NCBI GenBank assembly: GCA_039798785.1
Contig: JBDKFG010000024.1
Coordinates: 46,111-110,110, forward strand
Source of the DNA: Verrucomicrobiota bacterium
Lineage (GTDB): Bacteria > Verrucomicrobiota > Lentisphaeria > Lentisphaerales > Lentisphaeraceae
DNA: 64,000 bases
Direction: 5' to 3'
Below the pieces are notes generated by a model that worked only from the letters and a program-made list of their open reading frames with translations, was not told the DNA's origin and did no database searches. Within the stretch, counting starts at the first letter, position 1, and every line of letters starts with the position of its first letter. Shown piece by piece: positions 26,413 to 34,743 of this stretch. The translations under genes were made by a program, and so were the position numbers.

Positions 26413-28062
26413 ATGCTGAGCACCTTGGACTTCACCCTGATCATCGGCTATCTCGTCGGCATCACCCTGCTGGGCTTGTGGGTGGGGCGGCGCAGCACCG
26501 AAAGTTCGGAGGGCTACTTCCTCGCCGGCCGCGGCCTCGGCTGGGTGAGCATCGGTCTGGCCTTGTTTGCGACCAACATCTCGACGACGCAGATCATCGC
26601 GGCGGCCAGCGGCGCCTACAGCGGCCAGATCGGCGATCCCGGCAACTTCGAATGCCTGGCGCCCTTCTGCCTGATCCTGCTCGGCCTGGTTTTCGCCCCT
26701 TTCTACTTCACCAGCAAGGTCGCCACCCTGCCGGAATTCCTCGAGAAGCGCTTCAGTCCCGCCAGCCGCACCATCTTGGCGGTGATGGCGATCTTCGGAG
26801 CTCTGTTTATTCACATCGGTTTTTCTCTCTACGCCGGGGCGGCGGTGGTGAACTCCCTGATTCCCTCCTTGAGCATCCCCAACGCCATCTTCATCGTCTC
26901 GGCGGCCACCGTTATCTACACCGTCTTCGGCGGCCTCAAGGGGGTCGTGGTCACCGAGTCGGTTCAGACCGTGCTGCTCCTCTTCGGTTCGCTGGCGGTG
27001 CTGGTCTTCGGCCTCATGGCGCTCAATGACCAGGGCATCAATTCGCTGGCCGAAGTGCGCGCCGCCGCCCGCACTCCAGAGCAGATGTCGATGATTCGCT
27101 CGGATGGCGACTTCTCCTGGTACGCCATGCTTCTCGGCTACCCCGTGCTCGGCATCTGGTACTGGTGCTCGGACCAGACCATCGTCCAGCGCGTCCTCGG
27201 TGCCCGCAGCCAGAAGGACGCCCAGAACGGCGCCATTCTCTGCGGCATGCTCAAGCTTCTGCCGCTCTTTCTGATGGTCATCCCCGGCGTCTTCGCCTAC
27301 ATCCTCTTCAAGGACAAGATCGGCGCCGACGCCAACGCCGCCTTGCCCACCATGATCCTCAATCTCCTGCCTGAAGGTCTGCGCGGCCTGGTCATCGCCG
27401 GCCTGCTCGCCGCCCTGATGAGCACCGTCGCCGGCGCCCTCAACTCGGTCGGGACTCTGGTCAGCGTCGACCTGGTTCAGCGCCTGCGTCCGCAGACCAA
27501 GGACCAAACCCTGGTGCGCATCGGCCAATGGACCGCGGCGCTCGGCATGCTGGTCGCCATCGCCTGGTCGATGCAAGGTGGCAAGTTCGAGAACATCTTC
27601 AAGGGGATCAACTCGATGATCGCGGTGATCGCGCCGCCGATCACCGCCGTCTTCCTCTGGGGCGTCTTGTGGAAACGCGGCACCGCCAAGGCAGCCCTCG
27701 CCACCTTCATCATCGGCTACGCCTGCGCCGGCTTCGTCTTCTTCACCGACATCCCCGCCGTCTCTGGCCTGGTGATGGGAACCCAGATGATCGACGGCAA
27801 GGAAGTCGCGATTCAGCTGGTCTCCGGCAAGTGGGGCATCGGCTTCATGATGCAGGCCTGGTGGCTCTTCGTCATCTGCTCCGTGGTCTTCTTCGCCGTC
27901 AGCCTCGCCACCCCCGCCCCGGCCAAGGAAGTCACCGACAAGTATTGCTGGGACAAACCCTGGTCCGCCCTCCTCGGCCCCTTCCAAGGCGCCCTCGATC
28001 CGCGCCTGCTCTCCGCCATCCTTTTTGTCGTCACCTGCGCCATCTACTGGGTCTTCCGCTGA
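26413..28062 (+). CDS. Sodium:solute symporter (SSS), probably sugar
   Basis: YFLAGR, SIGLALFATNIS, TLPEFLEKRF, WYWCSDQTIVQRVL, AALMST; AGGAGG SD. Confidence 0.92.
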   Translation: MLSTLDFTLIIGYLVGITLLGLWVGRRSTESSEGYFLAGRGLGWVSIGLALFATNISTTQIIAAASGAYSGQIGDPGNFECLAPFCLILLGLVFAPFYFTSKVATLPEFLEKRFSPASRTILAVMAIFGALFIHIGFSLYAGAAVVNSLIPSLSIPNAIFIVSAATVIYTVFGGLKGVVVTESVQTVLLLFGSLAVLVFGLMALNDQGINSLAEVRAAARTPEQMSMIRSDGDFSWYAMLLGYPVLGIWYWCSDQTIVQRVLGARSQKDAQNGAILCGMLKLLPLFLMVIPGVFAYILFKDKIGADANAALPTMILNLLPEGLRGLVIAGLLAALMSTVAGALNSVGTLVSVDLVQRLRPQTKDQTLVRIGQWTAALGMLVAIAWSMQGGKFENIFKGINSMIAVIAPPITAVFLWGVLWKRGTAKAALATFIIGYACAGFVFFTDIPAVSGLVMGTQMIDGKEVAIQLVSGKWGIGFMMQAWWLFVICSVVFFAVSLATPAPAKEVTDKYCWDKPWSALLGPFQGALDPRLLSAILFVVTCAIYWVFR

Positions 28063-28074
28063 GCCGCTGACGCG

Positions 28075-28255
28075 GATTCAAGATTCAATATTCAATATTC
28101 AAGAGGGAGGGGCAACGATGGAAGATTCAAAATCGATAATCCAACACACTGCCTTCCCAGTCGCACCTCTTGAATCTTCAATCTTGAATTGAGCTCATCG
28201 TTTTCTTGAATCTTGAATCTTGAATTTTGAATCTTGAATCGTCCAAGGAGCCCCC
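28075..28255 (+). repeat. Inverted heptamer-array element (GATTCAA...TTGAATC) ending in an RBS, copy 1
   Basis: Clearly similar over about 130 bp to 30473-30655, including non-repetitive CCAACACAC..CCTTCCCAGTCGC and TTGAATTGAGCTCAT. Confidence 0.85.
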
Positions 28256-30505
28256 ATGAAACTCACCCTCTCTCTCGCCGCTCTGTTCCTCGCCGCCTGC
28301 GCCAGCGCCGCCGACAGCGCGCCCTCCCGCCCCGACGCCCCGGTCCTGAAGTACCAGCAGCCGGCGAAGAAGTGGTCGGCAGAAGCCCTGCCGATCGGCA
28401 ACGGCCGCATGGGGGCGATGCTCTTCGGCGGCGTCGACGAGGAGCGGATCCAGTTCAACGAGCAGAGCCTGTGGAGCGGCGACAACAACTGGGACGGCGG
28501 CTACAAGCTCGGCGACCACGGCTTCGGCAACTACCGCAACTTCGGCGATCTCTTCCTCAAGTTCGACTCTGCGGCAGACGCAAAAACCGAGGCCTACCAG
28601 CGTGCTCTCGATCTCAGCCAGGGCCTGCACACTTGCGCCTTCCGCAAAGGCGGCGTCCGCTTCACCCGCGAGGCCTTCGCCAGCCGTCCCGACCAGGTCA
28701 TCGTCTGCCGCTATTCCGCCGACAAGAAAGGCGCCCTCTCCGGCTCGCTCAAGCTCAAGCCCGGCCAGAAGGACACCCGCATCAGCGCGAGCGGCGCCGT
28801 CCTCAGCGCCGAAGGGGTGATGCCCAACCAGCTCAAACACGCCGTCCAGATCCGCCTCATTCCCGTCGGCGGCCAGGTCGAGGCCCAAGGCGAAACCCTG
28901 GTCTTCAAGAACTGCGACGAGCTGCTGCTGCTGCTCGACTGCCGCACCGACTACAAGCCGGATTACGCCGCCGGCTGGCGCGGCGAAGCGCCCCTGCCCC
29001 GCATCGAGGCCGAGCTGGACGCCGCGGCGAAGAAGTCCTACGCCGAACTCCTCGCCGCCCACCGCGCCGACCTCGGCTCGCTGCTCGCCCGGGCCCGGAT
29101 CGACATCGGCAGCACCCCGCCCGAGATCGCCGCCCTGCCCACCGACGAACGCAAGAAGCGCTACGCCGCCGGCGGTGCCGACCCCGACCTCGAAGAGACG
29201 ATGTTCGCCTACGGCCGCTACCTCCTCGCCAGCTGCTCGCGTCCCGGCGGCCTGCCCGCCAACCTCCAGGGCCTCTGGTGCGACTCGAACAACCCGCCCT
29301 GGGCCAGCGACTACCACAACAACATCAACGTCCAGATGAACTACTGGGCGGCGGAAAGCACCAACCTCTCCGAGTGCCACAAGCCGCTGATCGACTTCAT
29401 CGTCGCCCAGGCCGAAGCCTGCCGCGTCGCCACCCGCAAGGAGTTCGGACCCAAGACCCGCGGCTGGACCTGCCGCACCTCGCAGAGCATCTTCGGCGGC
29501 AACGGCTGGGAATGGAACATCCCCGCCTCCGCCTGGTACGCCACCCACGCCTACGAGCACTGGGCCTTCACCCAGGACCGCGACTACCTCGCCAAGACCG
29601 CCTACCCGATCCTCAAGGAGATCTGCCAGCTCTGGGAGGACCGCCTCGTGGCCCGCCCCGACGGCAAGCTCGTCGTCCCCAAGGGCTGGTCGCCCGAGCA
29701 CGGCCCCCGCGAAGACGGCGTGATGCACGACCAGCAGCTCATCTGGGAACTCTTTGAGGACTACCTCGAGGCCGCCCGCGCCCTCGGCATCGACCCCGAA
29801 TACCAGAAGACCGTCGCCGGCCTGCAGGCCCGCCTCGCCCCCAACCTGATCGGCAAATGGGGCCAGCTGCAGGAGTGGCAGACCGACCGCGACGACCCCG
29901 ATGACCAGCACCGCCACACCTCGCACCTCTTCGCCGTCTACCCCGGACGCCAGATCAGCCCGGCCCTCACCCCCGAGCTCGCCCAGGCCGCCCTCATCTC
30001 GCTGCGCAGCCGCAGCGGCAACTACGGCAAGAACAAGGACAAGCCCTTCACCGTCGACTCCACCGTCGGCGACAGCCGCCAGTCCTGGGCCTGGCCCTGG
30101 CGCGGCGCCATGTGGGCCCGTCTCGGCCAGGGCGACAAGGCCGGCATCATGGTCCGCGGCCTGCTCACCCACAACAGCCACCCCAATCTCTTCTGCATCG
30201 CCTCCCGGGTGTTCCAGATGGACGGCAATTTCGGCATCAGCGCCGCCATGGCGGAGATGCTGCTCCAATCCCACGCCGGCGAGATCGCCCTGCTCCCCGC
30301 CCTGCCGCCCGAATGGGCCAAACAAGGCTCCTTCACCGGCCTCAAGGCCCGCGGCGGCTTCACCGTCGACTGCGCCTGGCAGGACGGCAAGGTCACCCGC
30401 TACAAGATCCGCTCAGCCGAGGCCAAGACCGTCAAGGTCCGCGTCAACGGCGAGCTGAAGACCGCTGTCTCAGATTCAAAATTCCAGATTCAAGATTCAA
30501 GATGA
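28256..30505 (+). CDS. GH95 alpha-L-fucosidase (lipoprotein)
   Basis: EALPIGNGRMGAM, YGRYLL.SCSR, PANLQGLW, DYHNNINVQMNYW, SPEHG, GQLQEW, HRHTSHL, FQMDGNFG. Confidence 0.93.
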   Translation: MKLTLSLAALFLAACASAADSAPSRPDAPVLKYQQPAKKWSAEALPIGNGRMGAMLFGGVDEERIQFNEQSLWSGDNNWDGGYKLGDHGFGNYRNFGDLFLKFDSAADAKTEAYQRALDLSQGLHTCAFRKGGVRFTREAFASRPDQVIVCRYSADKKGALSGSLKLKPGQKDTRISASGAVLSAEGVMPNQLKHAVQIRLIPVGGQVEAQGETLVFKNCDELLLLLDCRTDYKPDYAAGWRGEAPLPRIEAELDAAAKKSYAELLAAHRADLGSLLARARIDIGSTPPEIAALPTDERKKRYAAGGADPDLEETMFAYGRYLLASCSRPGGLPANLQGLWCDSNNPPWASDYHNNINVQMNYWAAESTNLSECHKPLIDFIVAQAEACRVATRKEFGPKTRGWTCRTSQSIFGGNGWEWNIPASAWYATHAYEHWAFTQDRDYLAKTAYPILKEICQLWEDRLVARPDGKLVVPKGWSPEHGPREDGVMHDQQLIWELFEDYLEAARALGIDPEYQKTVAGLQARLAPNLIGKWGQLQEWQTDRDDPDDQHRHTSHLFAVYPGRQISPALTPELAQAALISLRSRSGNYGKNKDKPFTVDSTVGDSRQSWAWPWRGAMWARLGQGDKAGIMVRGLLTHNSHPNLFCIASRVFQMDGNFGISAAMAEMLLQSHAGEIALLPALPPEWAKQGSFTGLKARGGFTVDCAWQDGKVTRYKIRSAEAKTVKVRVNGELKTAVSDSKFQIQDSR

Positions 30506-30655
30506 AGGGTCAAGGACAAGGAAGATTCAAAATCGAAAATCCAACACACCTCCTTCCCAGTCGCCATTTTGAATCTTCAATCTTGAATTGAGCTCATGGT
30601 TCTCTTGAATTTTGAATCTTGAATTTTGAATTTTGAATCTCCAAAGGAGCCCCCC
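30473..30655 (+). repeat. Inverted heptamer-array element ending in an RBS, copy 2
   Basis: Paralog of 28075-28255; its 5' arm encodes the last codons of the GH95 gene (DSKFQIQDSR*). Confidence 0.85.
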
Positions 30656-31783
30656 ATGAAACTCATCGCCTCCCTCTTCCTCGCCCTGAGCACCGCCGCC
30701 TGCGCCAGCCAGCCCTCGCTCGAAGAAGCCGGCCTCAAGCTCACTCCCGAAGGCCTGATCACCCGCGCCCCCAGCGACAAGCCCAGCGCCGTGCAACAGA
30801 AACAAATGGCCGAAGCCCGCTACGGCATGTTCATCCATTTCGGCATCAACACCTTCCACGACCAGGAATGGACCGACGGCAGCAAGCCGGCCAAGTCCTA
30901 CGCGCCGAAGGAGATCGCCGCCGAGGAATGGGTGCTCGGCGCCAAGAACGCCGGCATGAGCCACGTCGTCCTGGTGTGCAAACACCACGACGGCTTCTGC
31001 CTCTGGCCCTCGCCCTTGACCGAGTACTCAGTCAAGAATTCCGGCAATCCCACCGACGTCGTCAAGGCGGTCGCCGAGGCCTGCCACAAGCACGGCGTCC
31101 GCTTCGCCGTCTACTACTCCTGCTGGGACCGCAAATGGGACGCCGAGCACGCCGCCGACTACAAGAAAGACCAGGCCGCCGCCGACCGCGCCTACGCCGA
31201 CTACATGTCCAAGCAGATCGAAGAGCTGATGACTGGCTACGGCCCGGTGCACGAGCTGTGGATCGACGGCTCCTGGATCAAAAAACCCGAGCGTTGGGGC
31301 TTCGACCGGGTCTACGACGCGGTCAAGAAACACCAGCCCGCCTGCCAGGTGGCGATCAACTGGAACATCGGCCACCCGAAAAACATCAACAAGCACCCGG
31401 TGCTCCCCAAGGATCAGCGCGAAGGCTTCCCGATCCGCTTCTTCCCCTCCGACTTCCGCCTCGGCGACCCCCATCTGCCCGCCTTCCCCGACCCCAAGGT
31501 CTTCACCCACCAGGGCGAAAAGTTCTACATGCCCTTCGAGTCCACCGTCTGCCTCAACGACAAGTGGTTCTGGAACAGCAAGGACAAGGGCCTGAAGTCG
31601 GTCGATGAGCTGGAGAAGCTGTTTTACACCGCCACCGCCCAGGGCAACCTGCTGCTCCTCAACTCGCCCCCCGGTCCCGACGGCCACATGCGCCCCGCCA
31701 CCTTGCAGCGCCTGGTCGAACTGCGTGACCGTCTCGGCCTGAAGATCGGCCAGCCGCTGCCGCCCAATCCGCTGGACCGCTGA
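30656..31783 (+). CDS. GH29 alpha-L-fucosidase (lipoprotein)
   Basis: GMFIHFGINTF, KHHDGFCLWPS, YYSCWD, ELWIDG, GNLLLLNSPP. Confidence 0.92.
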   Translation: MKLIASLFLALSTAACASQPSLEEAGLKLTPEGLITRAPSDKPSAVQQKQMAEARYGMFIHFGINTFHDQEWTDGSKPAKSYAPKEIAAEEWVLGAKNAGMSHVVLVCKHHDGFCLWPSPLTEYSVKNSGNPTDVVKAVAEACHKHGVRFAVYYSCWDRKWDAEHAADYKKDQAAADRAYADYMSKQIEELMTGYGPVHELWIDGSWIKKPERWGFDRVYDAVKKHQPACQVAINWNIGHPKNINKHPVLPKDQREGFPIRFFPSDFRLGDPHLPAFPDPKVFTHQGEKFYMPFESTVCLNDKWFWNSKDKGLKSVDELEKLFYTATAQGNLLLLNSPPGPDGHMRPATLQRLVELRDRLGLKIGQPLPPNPLDR

Positions 31784-31840
31784 CGCGATTGCGCCCCATG
31801 CAAATCCAATCCAAAAAACATTTGAGTTTTATGGCTCGGC

Positions 31841-32154
31841 CGCTCGTCGCGAAGCGACTGCGTTCCTGGGAGCGCCGGCTGCCAGCCGGTTGCAGTTCTG
31901 CGCTCGTCGCGAAGCGACAGGATGAGTGTAGCCGGGGGGTTCAACCCCCAGTGAGATTGATGTCGGATATGGCGTCGCGGCAGCGACGCGGTGACAGTCA
32001 TACGCGAATTCGACTGAGGTGGCGTCCTGTCATCCTGTCGCTTCGCGACGGCGACATCTTGCTGCACCATCCGGGGGTTAAAACCCCCGGCTACAATGAC
32101 ACCGTCGCTTCGCGACGAACACAAAACATCCGGCGGGACGCCGGTGCTCCCAGG
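31841..32154. repeat. Nested REP/REPIN-like palindromic cluster
   Basis: GTAGCCGGGGGGTTCAACCCC and GGGGGTTAAAACCCCCGGCTAC pair nested within CTGGGAGCGCCGGC and GCCGGTGCTCCCAG pair; repeated GTCGCGAAGCGAC/GTCGCTTCGCGAC. Confidence 0.75.
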
Positions 32155-32222
32155 TTCTCCGTTGCTCACACAGGCACACAATCAATTCGTTTTGAATCTT
32201 GAATCCTCAAAGGAGCCTCGCC

Positions 32223-32672
32223 ATGAAACTTCTCGCCTCTCTCCTTCTCGCCCTCGCCGCCGCCTCTTGCGCGGCGCCCGCAAAAGCCGCCGCGGTCCAC
32301 GGTCCCACCAACCTCGAATCCAGCCCCGCCGGCGCCGCCTGCTACGCCTCGGTCATCGAGCTCAAACCCGAGATGGAAGCCAAGTACCGCGAGCTGCACG
32401 CCGCCGTCTGGCCGGAAGTCGTCGCCGCGATCAAAAAGGCGAACATCAGCGACTACCGCATCTACCGCGCCGAACTCGGCGGCAAGGTCTACCTCTTCTC
32501 CACCTTCACCTACACCGGCTCCGACTTCAAGGCGGACATGGATTCGATCGGCAAAGACCCCACCACCAAACTCAAATGGTGGCCACTCACCGACGCCTGC
32601 CAAACCCGCCTCCCCGGCACCCCCGAGGGCCAGCAGTGGACCGGCATCGAACAGCTGATGCGGATTCCCTGA
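32223..32672 (+). CDS. L-rhamnose/L-fucose mutarotase family protein with lipoprotein signal
   Basis: LKPE....YRELHAAVWPEV...IK..NI.DY.IY, KWW motifs; N-terminal MKLLASLLLALAAASC. Confidence 0.85.
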   Translation: MKLLASLLLALAAASCAAPAKAAAVHGPTNLESSPAGAACYASVIELKPEMEAKYRELHAAVWPEVVAAIKKANISDYRIYRAELGGKVYLFSTFTYTGSDFKADMDSIGKDPTTKLKWWPLTDACQTRLPGTPEGQQWTGIEQLMRIP

Positions 32673-32673
32673 C

Positions 32674-33429
32674 ATGCGCCTGAAAAACCTCAAAGCCTTC
32701 ATCACCGGCGGCTCCGAAGGCATCGGCTACGCCATCGCCGCGAAATTCCTTGCGGAAGGCGCACAAGTGGTCATCGCCGCCCACCAGGAACCCATCCTCG
32801 CCACGTCCGCCCGGGCCCTCGCCTGCCCGGGCTTGCTCATGGACCTGCGCGACCTGGCCAGCGTCGAAAACGCCATTGCGCAGGCCGCAAAAATCATGGG
32901 CGGACTCGACATCGTCGTCAACAACGCCGCCCTCACCAGCCCGTCGAAACCGGTCGAGACCACCAGCCTCGACGAACTCGAGGCGATCCTCGACACCAAT
33001 CTCCGCGGCAGCTTCTGGGTGATGCGCTGCGCCAAGCCGCACCTGCAATGCGGACGCGGCGCCGTCCTCAACATCTCCTCGATGGCCGGCGTCACCGGTC
33101 AGCGCGACCACGCTGCCTACGCGATGAGCAAGGGCGGGCTCAACGCCCTCACGCTCGCCGCCGCCGCCGACTGGGGACCCGAACGCATCCGCGTCAACGC
33201 CCTCTGTCCCGCCGGCGTCGCCACCCCCGCCCTCAAACGCTGGGCCGCCGAACAACCCGACCCCGCCGGCATCGACGACTACCTCAAGCGCATCCACGCC
33301 CTCGGCTACTGCGCCGAACCGGAGGAGATCGCCAACGCCGCCCTCTTCCTCTGCTCCCCCGAAGCCTCCTTCGTCACCGGCCACATCATGCACGTCTCGG
33401 GCGGCAGCGAGATCGGCTACAAGAACTGA
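32674..33429 (+). CDS. SDR oxidoreductase, probable L-fucose dehydrogenase
   Basis: TGGSEGIG, NNAA, YAMSK, RVNALCP; C-terminal SGGSEIGY; fucose-locus context. Confidence 0.75.
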   Translation: MRLKNLKAFITGGSEGIGYAIAAKFLAEGAQVVIAAHQEPILATSARALACPGLLMDLRDLASVENAIAQAAKIMGGLDIVVNNAALTSPSKPVETTSLDELEAILDTNLRGSFWVMRCAKPHLQCGRGAVLNISSMAGVTGQRDHAAYAMSKGGLNALTLAAAADWGPERIRVNALCPAGVATPALKRWAAEQPDPAGIDDYLKRIHALGYCAEPEEIANAALFLCSPEASFVTGHIMHVSGGSEIGYKN

Positions 33430-33500
33430 ACTCTTCCCATCAGTCCGATCCGACCGATCCGAACGATCTTTTTCCTGAAACCCCAAACGAGAGCACTCCC

Positions 33501-34721
33501 ATGATCAAATCCGTCAGCACCCGCGACCTCCGCTTCCCCATCGGCTCCGGCCATGGCTCCGACGCCATCCACCGCGACCCGATCTACTCCTACGCCACCT
33601 TGCTGCTGCATGACGACTCCGGCCACGTCGGCACCGGCCTCGCCTTCACCCTCGGCGAAGGCAACGACCTGGTCTGCAAGGCCGCCGAATTCTACGCCCA
33701 GCGCCTCATCCGCACCGACATCGAGGAAGTCATGGCCGACTTCGGCCGCATCCAAAAGGAAATGGCCGACGAACAGCAGTTCCGCTGGCTCGGCCCCCAC
33801 AAGGGCGTCGTCCAGCTCGCCCTCGCCGCCGTCACCAACGCCTGCTGGGACCTCTGGGCCAAGAAGCGCGGCGTCCCCCTCTGGCAGCTCCTCCTCGACC
33901 TCAGCCCCGAGCAAGTCGTCGCCACCCTCGATCTGAGCTACCTCGAGGACTACCTGCCCGCCTCGGAAGCGCTCGGAATCTTGCGCAATGCGCAACCCAG
34001 CCGCGACAGCCGCCGCGGCGTCCTCAAGGCCGGCTACCCCGGCTACGACACCTCCGTCGGCTGGTTCAACTACTCCGACGAACAGGTCCGCGAGAACTGC
34101 AAAAAAGCCGTCGCCGCCGGCTTCACCGCGATGAAGCTCAAGGTCGGCTCGAAGGAATCCGAACGCGACATCCGCCGCGCCAAGATCGTCCGCGAAGTCG
34201 CCGGCCCCGACATCCGCGTCATGGTCGACGCCAACCAGCAATGGACCCTGCCGCAGGCGATCAAGGTCTGCACCGATCTGCTGCCGATGGACCCCTTCTG
34301 GGTCGAGGAGCCCACCCACCCCGACGACGTCCTCGCCCACAAGACCCTCGCCAACATCATCGGCCGCCACCGCGTCGCCACCGGCGAACACGTCCCCAAC
34401 CGCGTCCTCTTCAAGAACTACCTGCAGCTCGAGTGCCTCGGCTTCTGCCAGGTCGACGCCGTCCGCGTCGCCGGCGTCAGCGAATTCCTCGCCATCAGCC
34501 TGATGTCCCGCAAGGCTGGCGTCCCGGTCGTGCCCCACGTCGGCGACATGGGCCAACTGCACCAGCACCTGGTGCTCTTCAACCACATCGGCATGGACCA
34601 CCAGGCCCTCTTCCTCGAGCACATCCCGCACCTCAAGAAGCACTTCGTCCACCCGGTCAAGGTCGAGGGCGGCGTCTACGCCACCCCGCAGGAGATCGGC
34701 TCCGGTTGCGACCTCAAGTAA
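33501..34721 (+). CDS. L-fuconate dehydratase (enolase superfamily, ENOSF1-like)
   Basis: DLRFP...HGSDAIHRDPIYS, FRWLGPHKGVVQLA, WDLWAK, KLKVG, DANQ, EEPTHPDD, ATGEH, VPH. Confidence 0.88.
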   Translation: MIKSVSTRDLRFPIGSGHGSDAIHRDPIYSYATLLLHDDSGHVGTGLAFTLGEGNDLVCKAAEFYAQRLIRTDIEEVMADFGRIQKEMADEQQFRWLGPHKGVVQLALAAVTNACWDLWAKKRGVPLWQLLLDLSPEQVVATLDLSYLEDYLPASEALGILRNAQPSRDSRRGVLKAGYPGYDTSVGWFNYSDEQVRENCKKAVAAGFTAMKLKVGSKESERDIRRAKIVREVAGPDIRVMVDANQQWTLPQAIKVCTDLLPMDPFWVEEPTHPDDVLAHKTLANIIGRHRVATGEHVPNRVLFKNYLQLECLGFCQVDAVRVAGVSEFLAISLMSRKAGVPVVPHVGDMGQLHQHLVLFNHIGMDHQALFLEHIPHLKKHFVHPVKVEGGVYATPQEIGSGCDLK

Positions 34722-34743
34722 GCAAGGTTGCCGACGGGGAAGC

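Noticed and set aside
28075..28255. Heptamer arrays as CRISPR or as a diversity-generating retroelement TR/VR pair with 30473-30655
   Set aside because: No spacers, the differences are not confined to adenines, the copies are mainly intergenic and no RT is present.
31789..32202. ORFs across the REP cluster (31789-32202 and 31624-32181)
   Set aside because: Translations of palindromic repeat DNA with no protein-like features.
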